From Oikopleura dioica (lineage: Eukaryota > Animalia > Chordata): a DNA stretch of 64,000 bases. The number at the start of each line of letters is the position of its first letter. Within the stretch, counting starts at the first letter, position 1. A program made the position numbers and the translations under genes. The stretch spans positions 9,672,001 through 9,736,000 of the forward strand of contig OU015569.1 of assembly GCA_907165135.1 (NCBI GenBank), given 5' to 3'. Shown piece after piece: positions 1 through 12,969 of the stretch. The notes beneath the pieces are model-generated. The model saw only the letters and a program-made list of their open reading frames with translations. It made no database searches and was not told the DNA's origin.

Positions 1-838
1 AGATTCCCGGCAGAAGGACGACAACTTTTGGGTTTGATTTTGATGAGAGCAACGAGTCGCTGAAAGAAGAAGAAGCAGTAGCTAGTCCTTCTGTTCTTTT
101 ACGCCATCGCCGAAGCCAGCCGGCTCAAGAAAAGCAAAACGGCAGAAAATCTCGTCAGGACCTGAGCATGATTCGTTCTCGTCGTCAAGTTTCTTCACTC
201 CAGAAAAAAGACGGAAATCAAGCAGTAAGCGAGGCTCGCTTTCAAAACCGGGGGGTATTTTTGGAAACATCAGTGCAACAACGGAAACGATATCAGTTCC
301 TGATTTAAGCTTGCAAGAAACTGCAGCCTATGAGGGAGGTAATAAGCAATCTTCCTTTTTCGTGCTTGCTTAAAAAATATTTTAAGTGTCCAAAGACAGG
401 CATGAGGAATCGAATGAGAATGCTGCTACGGAAATTTCAGCAACAAAGAAAAAAGGAAGACCTAAGAAAAACGCGCAGCCCGTTACACCACTGAAAGAAC
501 AAAACGGTCCAGAACCGTTGGTGAACATCTCTGAGCGAGTCAGTCGCCGCGCTCGAAAAGTCGTCAGCTACAAGGAACCGAGCACAGGGTCGAAGCTTCG
601 CCGTGGAGATGCAAATACAGACTCCAGCCTCTATAGCAGCTGGTCACCAAAGGCCGGTTTCATAGAACTTTTCAAACATAGCAAAGAAAAATCAAATATG
701 TGTAACCCTAAAAGAATTCTACTAAGAATAGCGCGAAGAAAAAACCGAAAAAACGAGTATAAGCGCGCATATTCTGAACAGTGTAAATTTCACATGCATT
801 TTCTATTCACCAACTCACTATTTGCAGACTGCCTTTAA
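1..838 (+). CDS. SGO1: Shugoshin-like protein, 3' part (5' end lies outside the window; exact stop uncertain)
   Basis: Ser/Lys-rich exons joined by an intron at 339-386. The ORF contains RRARKVVSYKEPSTGSKLRRGD, matching the shugoshin C-terminal SGO motif (human SGO1 VNYKEPTLASKLRRGD). Confidence 0.7.
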
Positions 839-920
839 CTTTTCACCATTCCAATTATGAATATTTTGACATTTTCGTATACGTCCTTATAATTTTAGAG
901 ACGGCAACTTCGCAAAAGAA

Positions 921-1395
921 ATGGCGGAACCGGAGTTTATGCAGATGGGCAAGGCATTTGTTGGTTTCTACTATCCCGAATTCTCAAAGGACCGATCGGC
1001 AAATGGTCAACTTGCCTCTGTTTACACTGACCAGGTATTCTTGTCCCAGAAACTCAAAAACAATTCTACGGTTTAGAGCTGTTTGACCTTCGAAGGAGCG
1101 CAATTCCAAGGAAAGGCGCCAATTTTGGAAAAACTTTCATCCCTACCCTTCAAGCAAGTAGTCCATCAAGTGACCACAATTGACGCCCAGCCGATCATTG
1201 GCGTCGACGACAACAAGGTAAGAAAGCAGAGAAAAAATGTTTCCTAGATTTTAGGCTGTCGTCGTGATGGTGACTGGGCAGCTGAAGGCGGATGACGACC
1301 CTCCACACTCGTTTCACCATTCGTTCATGCTTCGGCCGGCCGGGGGTGCATTTGTAATTAGCAATGAGGTCTTCCGCCTGGCGCTCCACAACTAG
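921..1395 (+). CDS. NUTF2: Nuclear transport factor 2 (3 exons)
   Basis: Spliced translation MAEPEFMQMGKAFVGFYY...SCLTFEGAQFQGKAPILEKLSSLPF...VTGQLKADDDPPHSFHHSFMLRPAGGAFVISNEVFRLALHN; two short GT-AG introns. Confidence 0.95.
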
Positions 1396-1695
1396 AATCA
1401 AGCACAGCCACGACGAAAGCGCAGGATTATCTTCAATTCACCGCCAACTCACCAGAATTTTTTGATCCCTCTGTATCTCACAATATACTGAGAATTTAGT
1501 TCAAACTTTTGCACCAACAATTTAGCTCGGCGCATTCCTGTAAATTCCCACAGAGACTGCCTTTATAATATATATCGTATTACGCGCTTTCCGCAACAAA
1601 ACGCTTGTTTTCACTGTAAAGACCTACTATTAGCAGCAGGCCAAAATATAAACTCAGATTTTATCAAGTCAAATTATAAGTGGATCTAGTTGAGA

Positions 1696-2206
1696 ATGTC
1701 TGCGTATGATCCAGTGGAAAACCAAGCTGCAGAGCTTGACTTGCTTTATATGACGTACGGAATCTCCACTGCGGCTGTTCTAGGAATCGCTTTCACTGGC
1801 ACTATCGGCACTTTTGGTCTGACAGCGGGAAGAATGAAGTTATTACCTCGTGTTATTCTCTCTCCAACGCTAGGAATCACCTCGGGTACTCATCTTTTCC
1901 TCCTTGATATTATTTGATGCTTGATTTGCAGCAATGGGAATCTCATCGTTTATGTTCGACCGAAGGATAAAGCAAGATATCGCCAGTGGAAAGTTTTTGG
2001 TGGAGTTTCCCGAATGCACAGTTAAATACATAACGCTTATTAACTACGACCAGACTCTATCAGAGGAACAGAAGAGGAAGAAGATCGACGACTTTATCAT
2101 TAGTATCCAAGAACACATGGAAGATAGAAAGATCGAAGAGCAATTCCCGATAACAGATGCTATCCAAAATGAGCTAGATCTGAAAAAGGTATTCAACTTA
2201 TCATGA
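1696..2206 (+). CDS. Small uncharacterised protein with hydrophobic N-terminal segments (2 exons)
   Basis: ORFs 1690-1917 and 1934-2206 can be joined by a short GT-AG intron; no family recognised. Confidence 0.5.
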
Positions 2207-2367
2207 CTCGATTAAACTTATTTTAAGGACAGTTAAAAGCCAACCTAAAGGAAAGAGTGGATGCTCAACCCAACCCTCATGCATAGATATTTATTTGGCT
2301 TCACTTCTTCTGAAAATGGAAATTTCTCCCGGATTCTATCACAAAGCTCGTCATTCATCATTTTAGT

Positions 2368-3669
2368 ATGATCGAGTACGTTGTATTCGGGACGATCGGA
2401 GTCGGAGTACTCATTTTGGCAGCTCTTGTTACAAGTTTTCCCCGTGAGCCAGACAATGTCAGGCACGAAAAGACATTCTTGAATGAGAATAAACCCATTC
2501 CTTCCTACAAAGATGCAGCCGAGGTATGAATGTCACAGGCTCAAGAATCATTTATTTCCAAAATATTTTTCGTCAAAAGTGATTAACAAACGAATAATTT
2601 AGGTAGATCTCACGGTCGTCATCCCAGCCTACAATGAACAAGAACGTCTCCCCTCCATGCTAGAAGGTACTGTTTAATATTCCTAGACGGCTAGCATCCT
2701 AATTTTGTGATTACCCGTATTTAACATACATGGGCATCAATAAAGAATCATTTTGGTATGATCAAATGTTACATACACTTGATGAAATAAATTTAAATTC
2801 GGATTGCTTGTCTCGAAGACGTATCTGTTGCTTTAAAAACTATGTACAAAAATGTATTCTGAAATTTGAATTTCGAATTATAATAAATTTTACATAGAGT
2901 GCGTTGAATGCCTGGCCACTTCGAAAAAACAAACGTACGAGATCATTGTCGTTGATGACGGCTCCAAAGATGGCACGAGCAAAGTAGTGGAAAAGTTCTC
3001 AATAGAGAATAAGAACGTCAAATGTCTGAAGCTAGTGCGCAATCGTGGAAAGGGCCATGCCGTAAAGATGGGGATGATGGCTGCTCGTGGTTCCAAAATC
3101 TTCTTTGCCGATGCGGACCGGGCCATGCCTTTTACGGAATTCCAAAAGATCAACAAAGTTTTGCAAGATTGTGTTGACGAGCATCCAGAACTGATTGTGG
3201 TTGGCTCAAGAGCGCACCTCGAAAAGGTATTTAGCGAGGATAATATACGAGTGTTACTATTTTGAAGGAATCAATTGCACAAAGAAGCCTATTCCGTACG
3301 ATTCTTATGAAAGGCTTCCATCTTCTAGTGCAGATATTCTGCGTTAGAACCGTCAAGGACACTCAGTGCGGTTACAAGCTATTCACACGATCTGCTGCTC
3401 AAAGAATTCTTCCTCAGGTAAACAATTTCACGAACAAGATATTCAACCGCCGTGTTCAGCTTCACCTCCAACGATGGGCATTCGATGTAGAACTTCTTTT
3501 TATTGCAGAACGATTGTCAATTCCCATAAAAGAAGTGGCAATAAAATGGGACGAAATCGACGGTTCAAAAATGACTCCAGTGTTTTCGTGGATTGAAATG
3601 GGCCGTGACTTGGTCCTCATTTGGTTGCGTTATTTTATAGGCTACTGGAGGATCCAACACTCTCAGTAG
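2368..3669 (+). CDS. ALG5: Dolichyl-phosphate beta-glucosyltransferase (GT2)
   Basis: N-terminal TM, then DLTVVIPAYNEQERL, EIIVVDDGSKDGT, NRGKGHAV, FADAD, DTQCGYKLFTR and RWAFDVELL; five exons. Confidence 0.95.
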
Positions 3670-4029
3670 ACTCTAGTTTAAATGCCCTTATTAGTTGGGT
3701 ACGGTTCAGTGTTAGAACTTTTCTCGCTTCGTTCTCTTCATCTTCTCACACAAGTGCAATAAAGCAGACCTTTACGCCTTCGTGGTGTTGTATATTGGTA
3801 GAACTCGCCAAGTATTTATATCACAGTTACGTTCTGTACTTTTAGCCGTTTACTTTTCCCTCGATTGCTCTTTTCTCGACAGCCATTTTTTTACTTCCAT
3901 GCCAATCGACTTCTCAATTAATATTTACTTGCTCCACTGATTTCCATTCGGTTTTATTTTCTGTAAAGATGCAGTCGTAATGAGTTATCCTGATTAACCT
4001 TTTTCTTTCTCAGATCGGATACAAAATCA

Positions 4030-5466
4030 ATGGGGGATAACAATGGAGCCATCGAAAACGTAGCAGGAAAGGCTAAACTGATAAAAATAAAGTTTTTGAG
4101 CGATATTTATTATTTTAGTCGGATAATTCTTAAAAAATAGTCCGAGCCTTTTAAGGAATTATCAAGGGTGCCAAAGGATCCGTTAAAAACAGCGTGAACT
4201 CGATTGCACAGGGCGTTTCTAGACCACTAGAGAATGTGGCTGAGTCTGTTGGTTTGTTGCGACAGGCGGACGAGACGTGGATTGCGAAGATGAACTCGCC
4301 GAAGCAGATCCTTGGGGACTCGATCGCGGTTGCTGTGGGCGTTGTTGGACTCATCGCAGTAACCAACACCTACAACACCGTGCTGAGCACTATGCAAATG
4401 CGCGATAATCGGGACCTCCATAAAACAATAAAGAATATTAACCACATGTAAGAAATCTCACTTATTCAAATAATTCCACTAACCTAGTATGCAATCATCT
4501 TTTTTGGAATCGAAATAGGTACTTTTTATAACACGAAAGAAAACATGAACGATTCGCTAATTTTAGCTCCAGATCTTAGCAGCTTCTATTTTAGGATCCA
4601 GATACAGTCGTGGTGCTCGGACGAGGAGCGAATCGCAGTTCTACAAAGAGAAGGATACGCGGTTGTGGTCACCAGACAGCAGTGGTTATATTTGAAGAGA
4701 CCTACCCAAGAAACTGTCTTTACTAGTCTCAGTAGTGTACTAGTAAATCACCAGAAAATATACATGATGCGTGGAGAATATGAATACTCAAAAGACAGTG
4801 GTCCTATTGAACTTAATCAAGACGTTCAAATTCACGCAGAGCCGGGAACTGTCCTTTATGTAAGTATTACTTACATTTCTTAAATATTCACCTTAGTTTA
4901 GGTCAAACTCATCAGTCGATATCAAACGCTCTTCCGAGTAAACTGGAGGCCACACGAAGAGCATCGAACAAAGATTCAAGTGAAAAACCTGGATGTGGAA
5001 GTGACCTGGCCTCACTGGGGCTTTTTCAGAGAGCTATACGACCTTGCGCTCCGTTATCGGTAATGATTCCCTAAGGCAAGTGCTATAACTTCAATTCAGA
5101 TGGTCTCCAGATTGGAAACCTGTCATCTACAGACAACGCGACAACGTCTTATTTTTCTCTGATAACAGCCGTTTGTTTGTTCCCGATATGAAGCCCTGGT
5201 TTAGACGTGTAGGATTGAACATGTTTTCAGGTAAGATTTCCGTCTATTTCTAAAGCAGCTTAAAGTCGATATCAGTGTTTACTGTCATGATCGTCTTAAA
5301 ATTGCGGCGAATGCGCCGCGGAACTCCCGGTGCTCTTATGTTGAGCTTGCTGGGGACAGGCCTCTACGCTGGTATCACGGCATCAAACACACCGGATCGC
5401 AGCTATGACGAGTTCAATCTTGACGAAGCATTCTTCACGACACGAAAGAGCTACATTCCTATTTAG
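4030..5466 (+). CDS. Uncharacterised multi-exon protein with predicted TM segments
   Basis: Chain of ORFs (4194-4451, 4545-4883, 5275-5466) separated by short GT-AG introns; no family recognised. Confidence 0.5.
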
Positions 5467-5638
5467 GGATCACTACCTCATTGAAGCCAAAAGTTATTTT
5501 TCCTCGTTTGTTACCAACTTCCGGAAATGATCCTTTGCAATCGCACAGTCAGCTTTCTTTGCAACAATCTACCTGTTCACATTTTCTAAAGATATATGAT
5601 ATTTAAACTATTCAATTGTCAACCTAAAATTTAAGAGA

Positions 5639-6273
5639 ATGGAATTGGTATATATCGGTGTGGCTACCATCTTGGTAACTTTAGTTTTTTGTATCTACGA
5701 GAAAAAGCGACGTAGATCCCAGAGACAAGTTCGATCGAACTGCTAGTGCTGTGGTAGAACTCATTCAATGAAGGCATACGAAAGCAATAATTGGATATGT
5801 AAAGGTTGTGACCAATTCAACGGATTTACACCCGAGGGTAAGGAAGACTATTAAATTTTTTGTAATAGGACTTTATAGGGGATATCGACGTGTATGCTGC
5901 ATACAGTATGCGGAAACAAACAAAAATGGAATGAATCAGTATCAAGAACGCGAATCAAGATTCTGCATGTCTGTGAAAGCTCCAGCTCAGTACGAAGCTC
6001 CACAACTGTGCCCGAGATGCCGAGCCCTGCCAGAAGTAAAAGCCAGACTTTTGAGGGAATTCACGCCTTCCTCCGAGGCATTTGAAGATAAAGAATACGC
6101 TGATTATGAAGGAAAGCTAGAAAAAGAGTACCAGCGTTGTATTTACTGCCAGACGAAAGTCGAAAGTTATTACAAGATTCAGCAAAAAAAGTAAGTTCAG
6201 ACATTGTGATAACTCTAGGTTTACAATAATCATTCAGGTACCAAAAATCGACCGATAACAAACCGACACGTAA
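5639..6273 (+). pseudogene. TMEM201: Truncated TMEM201/Ima1 paralogue, probable pseudogene
   Basis: Aligns to the Ima1 N-terminal Cys domain of the downstream gene (NC*CCG...NNWICKGCDQFNGF...LCPRC). In-frame TAG at 5744-5746 replaces Trp; a 14-nt insertion at 5890-5903 causes a frameshift. Confidence 0.8.
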
Positions 6274-6423
6274 TCAAACGGCCCGCTGTTGTTTTTATCC
6301 TTATAAAAAATAAGTCACTCAGTAGTTCAATTAATTATTTATCTTTCATACACTACAATCACTTCAATCTCACTGCTTCTATGTCATCTCTTATCACTGC
6401 CTCTTTAAAACTTACATAGCTAT

Positions 6424-6796
6424 AACACTGTTTTTTTTAGGTTGACCCTCGGGTTTTTCGACCCCCTAAATTTGCCTCAGGGCATCAGCTACCCCCTTAT
6501 AATCAATAGTCGAAATGATCCCCGTGATCTGGCGGTTATAAAAATGCATTATGTCCGTGTCTGCCCACACTAGAATCCAAGCAATTTTATGCTAGTTTTC
6601 CTTAAAAAATGACTATTTTCCGCTTGGCCTCTCTTCAAAGGGGTCATTTCAGGTCATATGACCTCGCCAAGGTCACAAGACCCAGTCGAGGCAACGCAGT
6701 AGAGTCTAGGCTTTCAGAAAATATATAGATGTATGGGGCTACCACATTTTGAATACGGTTGGGACAAAGTCAGGGTCAACCTAAAAAAACAGTGTT
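6424..6796. mobile_element. MITE, 373 bp, about 26-bp TIRs, candidate 3-bp TSD (TAT)
   Basis: AACACTGTTTTTTTTAGGTTGACCCT at 6424 is the reverse complement (one indel) of AGGGTCAACCTAAAAAAACAGTGTT ending at 6796; TAT flanks both ends. Confidence 0.7.
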
Positions 6797-6852
6797 TATA
6801 TTATTTTCGTTCAAACTATTGGATTCTGAGATGTATACTTAAAAGAAAAAGT

Positions 6853-8828
6853 ATGGAATCGGACTCTTCGGCTGTTTGGGAATCACCAGATCAAAATCTA
6901 CACATGGGAGAGCGGATAGAAGTCAGCGAAGGAATCACTGAGGCGCCAGATATTTCTGATATTCCGGATGTGACCGTTAAATTTGAAGCAGTAGATAAAA
7001 CCGTCGCCTTTACATCTGATGACATAATTAACGAGCTCGCTAGCGAATTAAAGGGCAGTTACGAAAGTGCTCTGATATGGTTATTAGAAGAAGACAATAT
7101 TTATCTGGCGCTTGGGACGCTTTCGGCGACTGCTTTAGCTAGCTTCTTTGGATACTGGTTTCTGTACCTACGTCAGCTTCAATTGAACTGCTGGTGCTGT
7201 GGAAAAAGTCATTTTATTAGAGCATCAGAGACCAACAATTGGACCTGTTCTGTCTGCGATCAATTCAACGGCTTCACATCTGAGGGTGATATCGACCAAA
7301 ACGCAGAAGTGGAGAAAAAAGGGACAAATCGCTTCCAAGAACGTGGATCAACATTCTGTACGCCCGTGAAAGCTCCAGCTCAGTACGGGGCCCCACAACT
7401 TTGCCCGAGATGCAGCGACCTTCCAGAAATAAAAGCCAGACGTTTGAGGGAATTCGTGCCTTCATCTGAGGCATTTGAAGATGAAGAGATCGCCGAATTC
7501 GAAAGACAGTTAGAGAGGACTTACAGGCTGTGTATGATGTGCCAGAGGAAAATTGACCAATATTTAAAGAATCAACAAGGTAAAATCAAGAACGAGGAGT
7601 ATTTTCATTATTTATTTAGCTGGATTAAAAGCTACCTATCAAGCGAGTCAATCTCAGTCTAACTCACAATCCACAAATGACAGTGGCTATTCCGCATCCC
7701 GCCCTGGATCTGCATATGTGCGCTCTAGGGTATCGCAAGCAGCTTCTACATCAATCTGGCGAACTCCCCCGAGATCAGTCTACAACTCAATAGCGAATAC
7801 ATTGTTGAGCCAGAAGACAGCTCAGCCTACTGTGGTAAATGAGGATAGATCGGAATTTGATTTGACTCTTTTCCGGTAGGTTTCTATAAAGTCTCAATTA
7901 ATTATAATCGTTTTCAGGCGAATGCGTTTCCTGACAATATTAGGCTTTCTTGCGCTAGCTACGTTCTCCATCTTTGGGCTAACTATAACCAAGTACATGG
8001 GTTGCTTCGCTTTTGGATTGTACATTACGTTTACTTCTTTAGTGGCAAAAAAAGCTCCCCGCGTAAGTAAAAATGCGATGGCTTGCGGTCAACTACATTT
8101 TAGGTTTCGATTCTGCTCATATTTTGTGTCATTTTGCGCCAATTTTTGCCCATGCTTTTCACTACCAACTTTGATATCCCTTCATCTGTAACGATCGCGC
8201 TGCAAATCTTCAACACTTTGGAGCAAATGAAGATTATTCTCTGGAAGATCGAGCTCGGCATTGAAACCGTTTTGATATTTTATCTTTTTCGAAATTTCGC
8301 CAATCAATATGACGAAGTGAGTACACTTAAACTTGGCTAAGTAGTAACTCATTTTCAGATAATTTCTTCCTTACTGGAAACAAGTGACGAGAGTGAACCA
8401 TCCAGTCAGCATTCTACTCCGAATGGTTCGCCTAGAAAGCCTCCTACTCAGATCGGTGCTCGGTATTCGCCAGAGAAAAAAGGTCTGTTCAAATGAAGAG
8501 ACGGTTTTATTAAATTATACTAGGATTTCTGGACTCTAGCTTCGGAAATATGTCGATTGATGAAGAAGACGAAGGAATAACGCCGTTCGACTCTGTCTCA
8601 AATTTTGGGCTTCCTGATGGCGCGGGCGACGCGATGGAAATAAGCTTCGGAACGCCCGCTCGGAAGAGAGAGCTGCTTAACACTTCCTTCCAATCAGATG
8701 TTGTGTCCGTCATCTCTACGGCCGCTAAAACGACAGTTAAAGTATATTCGAAATGTAGACGACTCAAGCGTTTACACTTATTATTCAGGTTGCTTCAAAC
8801 GTTTGGAAATGGCTCTTTCCTTTGCTAA
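6853..8828 (+). CDS. TMEM201: TMEM201/SAMP1 inner nuclear membrane protein (Ima1 family)
   Basis: TM followed by CWCC...NWTCSVCDQFNGF...LCPRC...FVPSSEAFEDEEIAEFERQLERTYRLCMMCQRKIDQYLKNQ (Ima1_N pattern); further TM exons and a Ser-rich tail. Confidence 0.85.
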
Positions 8829-9092
8829 CTATAGTGTACTTAGTCATATTCTACAAAATAGTGCAAAAAGTTCAAAATTACTCTCCAGACAAAAACCGAC
8901 TTACTCTCTAATTAACCAAGATTAGTCAATTTCCTTATTTAGTTTCACTTATTTTTATATCATCACTGCCTGTTTATCATAAAGAATCGGAAATAAAAAT
9001 ATTTATTGTTGTTATAAAAGTCACAGATTGAAGCATTAACAGCTTACAATATGGCTGTTTGTTGTTATCTTTGTATCTCAGGAGGCAGATTC

Positions 9093-9349
9093 TTATACGA
9101 TGTTGAGGTTTTGAATAAGTTCGTCCTTGTTGATTTCTTTATTCGTTGGGGCTTCGATGTCTTTCTTGAAGCAAAGGTTGTACAGAAGATAAGCGACAAG
9201 ACAAGCTGCAAATATTATAAAGCTGATAGGGATCTTATGTGAAATAAATTTAAGTATAAAGATATAAGGCCTAGAAAATAAATCCCGTGTCTAACTGCTG
9301 TCGCAACGATTCTATAGTCAACAGGCTCTTTCTCTTCTACAGCCTCCAT
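9093..9349 (-). CDS. Possible small single-TM protein
   Basis: Minus-strand exon reads ...KIPISFIIFAACLVAYLLYNLCFKKDIEAPTNKEINKDELIQNLNIV*; first exon and splicing uncertain. Confidence 0.3.
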
Positions 9350-11809
9350 TTTTAGGACGATTTTTTGCTTTGCCGTTTCTGTCGCACGTCGTAAACTGGG
9401 AAGCTTTATTACGCCACATAAAGCTTTTAATTAATCGGAAAGGTTTCCGCACCTGCCGCTCTGTTGAGATATTTGAAACCATATATTCGATAACTTTAGT
9501 CCATGATACACAGTGCTAGATTTTTTCTTTACATGGGGAATATTGAACCTATATTCACGAGTGAGTGCTCAGCAACAATTTTCACAGGGGATCAATCATC
9601 ATCAAATTTTTTCGGTAATTCCGCGGTAGGGGGTCACACCTAGCGCTCCGTGGGAACTGATATCGTTTCCAAAAGGTAATATCGTCTACTCTTGTGTTAG
9701 TGTTTTTAGAGAACGTCTCTGTAGAGAAATTAGCAAATTTTCAACAAAAGAAAGGTGAGCAGATTTGCATCAATCGTGATCATTATAAGAAATAATTTAT
9801 ATATGATATATATACTCGCTGGAGCCACAAGTTATCCATTTGACAGTTTTATTTTGGTTCCACAGGTATACTACGCGTATAGTTTTTTATCGAAGAAAAT
9901 AGCTTCGGGCAAGTGTACATGGAATTTGTTGACTGGAATGGTGTCTCAATGAGGTAGAATGTCGTGATTTAGAGTTCCGATCATTGGTTATGCTTGCGAC
10001 TTGTACGTTATAAGGTTTTCGTGAATTTCTTGATCTTCTTGAAAAGCTTCGTTTCCGTTTTTGATTTTACTTTTACTTCTTTTGACTTCTTAGCCGGCAT
10101 TGGCATTGAGACGATGTCGTAAAGGTCTGCGAGTGGGTCACACATGTGATATCAATGCAACGACTAAAATTTTATTCGAGTGTTTTATTTTGGATTTGGT
10201 TTTGTTGGCAGGTGGTATCTTGCGCCAGCCTTTTATAGGCTCGCTGTGTTGAACATTCTTCTTGGAAGCGGCAGCGTAATTTTAAAAATATTTTCAGCGA
10301 GGTGTGTCTGCGACGTACCCATATCACCGGCTCACTCATGACACGGTGCTCACGTTAGTGTTCGTTTTATTTCTAGGGTGTGCAAGCTTCTCCTAGCTTG
10401 AAAATTTTCATTATTTGAGAAAAGACAGAGTGGTAGTTAAAAGAAGGTCCACTTCTATCAAAAATCTGATCATTAATTTGTCCGGATTTTTAAGGAACTT
10501 CCTCTTTGCGCTGTGCTAAACTAACTTCCGGCAATCGATTTTCCACCTGAAGCTCGCCTATATAACCGGGGCCATTAGTTAATCCCAGTTAATTTGCTTC
10601 AAGCAGAGAACAAAGTGTTTCATTTTTTTTCGCCAGGTGAGCTGAGGATTATATTTTCGCGGGTCATTTGAAGGCCACCTGTGTGGTTTTGGATTTGGTA
10701 AGCATTGCCTAAGATCTTGTTCAATAATAAGTATTTGTCTTTGGACTAAAGTCTGCTTGCGTTTTTACTTTGAAATTTGATTTTGGAGTTGATAAAAGGC
10801 GGCACATCGATCATAAAAATTAATTCAAGTGACAACTGCGATGTTTATTAGAGCGAAAATTAGTTGGCAAATTAGAATCCTAATAAGTTCCTAAAGGATT
10901 TTTTAACTTTGATGTAATTAATTAAATCCAACAACGCGAAAGTGAGTAGAGTGAGTGGCTTTCAAACCACGAATTTTCGTTTGAAATCGGGTTCGAAAGC
11001 GTATTTCAATGAAAACGTCGATGTCTTCAGTATTTGGCTACCCTAACTTGAAGATGAAGGGTTCGCGATCGTGAAAGAGCATGAGTGCTCGAACACGACA
11101 GACAGACTGGCCATTTTTCTTGGTCATGGGTTGCATGATTTGAACTGACTCACTGAGAACTCGCGGTTCAATCTGAAGACACCCATTTTCTCCGAAGTTA
11201 CCGTCACGAGAAGCAACGAGACAGAACGCGAGACTATCACACGTTTTTCTAAGGGAGAACTAATTTCTTAGAATAACGACCCAAAAATGAGACTTATTAT
11301 GGAAATATAACAATAAGCATTCGCAGACTATTTTTTGTCCACCTCCATCTGCTGCCAAGGCGTTCGACTAAAAATCGGTCAGTTTTTATTCTGCGTTTGT
11401 TTTCTTCGGTTAACTAATACGCCCATTCACAACTAAAAAATATTTTTCCTTGAGATAAATTGACAGACTAAGAGAAAAATTCTTTCGTGTAATTCAATAA
11501 AGCAATCAATCAGTTTCAAGTTTATTGCTACTGTATATCATATTTATTTCTGATTTATTACTTATATTGCGCGTAAACGTGCCCCAGATCTGATTGAGAT
11601 AAATTTTCCACGGCGGATGAACAGAGGGCAGTGTGAAACCCACCTGTCATAGTGTGCAAACAGTCTTCGTAAGGAACATAGTACAATAAGGCGCTGTTCC
11701 CTCCCACTAGCTGGCCCTGGAGGAATAAGTATCTCGCCCTCATTCTGAGACTTAACATTCTTGCGAGAAATTAAAAGTTTTTAAGTTAAGAATCACATAA
11801 ACGACAAAA

Positions 11810-12661
11810 ATGAGCAGCGATTCCGATAACGACCTCGAGGCCTTTTTCGCTGCTGTCAAAAAGAAGGACGACTACAGGCGTTATAAAGCGCCAGTAAACA
11901 AGCATAAACGACCACCAAGGAGCGTCAACGTGGATTGGGGAAAAGTTGAAATTCCAAAAATGAGTAGACCTACCTACGGCTCTGATTCCGAGTCCTCGGA
12001 GGCCGAAGAAGTATCGCCAAGCAAACTTAGACACACTTCAATCATGAGGGATGATAGCAGCTTCTCAAAAATGAAGAACACGGGAGCTAAAGTTCACAGT
12101 AGAGTCAAAAAGTGTGCTCAAGCGATCACAAAGGCATCGAATCTCAACGTAAATTTCAAACCTGCCGCCTCTGAATCAACGGATGCACCCGCTTCAACAA
12201 GCAGTTCGTCTGGCATCTTTGACACTCCACCGGCTAAAGAAAAGAAAACTCGAAAAGCAGAAGAAAATCCGGTGCAGAATCCCAATACGGATAAGAAGGG
12301 AAATAAAAAGAAGAAACACGAGAAGAAAAAAATGATTGAAATTCAGACGAAAACCAAGAGTAAGAAGCCCAACATACAGGAAGCGATTGAAGAATTGCAA
12401 GAAAATCAGGAAGGCAGAGGAACACCAGCTCCCGAAATAATAGAAATATTGGATTCTGAAGACGAGCTTCGAAGCAAGTATTCGTCTTTGGCAAAGGAAA
12501 AAACACCTGAGCCAGATCAAGCCACGAAAAAGCGAAAAATAAAAAAAGTCAACCGAGTGCCAATCGTCATTGAGGACTCCACTGATGATGAAAACGAAAC
12601 CGAGGCAGAAAAATATCGGAAGGAGGTGATTCGGCGAAGAAAAATTAAAATTCACGCTTAG
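11810..12661 (+). CDS. Intronless Lys/Ser/Glu-rich, probably disordered nuclear protein
   Basis: 283-aa ORF with NLS-like basic clusters; no family recognised. Confidence 0.6.
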   Translation: MSSDSDNDLEAFFAAVKKKDDYRRYKAPVNKHKRPPRSVNVDWGKVEIPKMSRPTYGSDSESSEAEEVSPSKLRHTSIMRDDSSFSKMKNTGAKVHSRVKKCAQAITKASNLNVNFKPAASESTDAPASTSSSSGIFDTPPAKEKKTRKAEENPVQNPNTDKKGNKKKKHEKKKMIEIQTKTKSKKPNIQEAIEELQENQEGRGTPAPEIIEILDSEDELRSKYSSLAKEKTPEPDQATKKRKIKKVNRVPIVIEDSTDDENETEAEKYRKEVIRRRKIKIHA

Positions 12662-12969
12662 ACTATACAATCCTGACAAATCTTTTTACCATCTGTAAAT
12701 AATTTCACTAAAATAAATTTTCCTTTTGAATCCTAGTTTTTAATATTTGAACTAATTGAAGCAACTAATCACGAGCAAAAGGGATGCATTAGGGTAGGGT
12801 ATTTATTTTTTCTCGGCTTGATGCCATGGGCAGTTTGTGGTTAATCTGTGCGATCTGAGTTTGTGGCCCGCGATAAGGATCATTCACCGGTTTTCGGTAA
12901 CGGTAACAATTCGAGGCAGTCTGATTTCAATCATTCTCCACTTTTCGTAACACAGTGCCTGACAAGAGA

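Noticed and set aside
3100-3140. ALG5 DADRAMPF instead of the usual DADGAT
   Set aside because: The DxD motif is intact; a local substitution cannot be distinguished from drift or sequencing error.
6733-6852. Extended N-terminus of TMEM201 from ATG 6733
   Set aside because: It begins inside the MITE; ATG 6853 is the more plausible start.
10008-11250. Coding-like minus-strand fragments (e.g. DPLADLYDIVSMPMPAKK..., VCRVRALMLFHDREPFIFKLG)
   Set aside because: No consistent gene model or family could be assembled.
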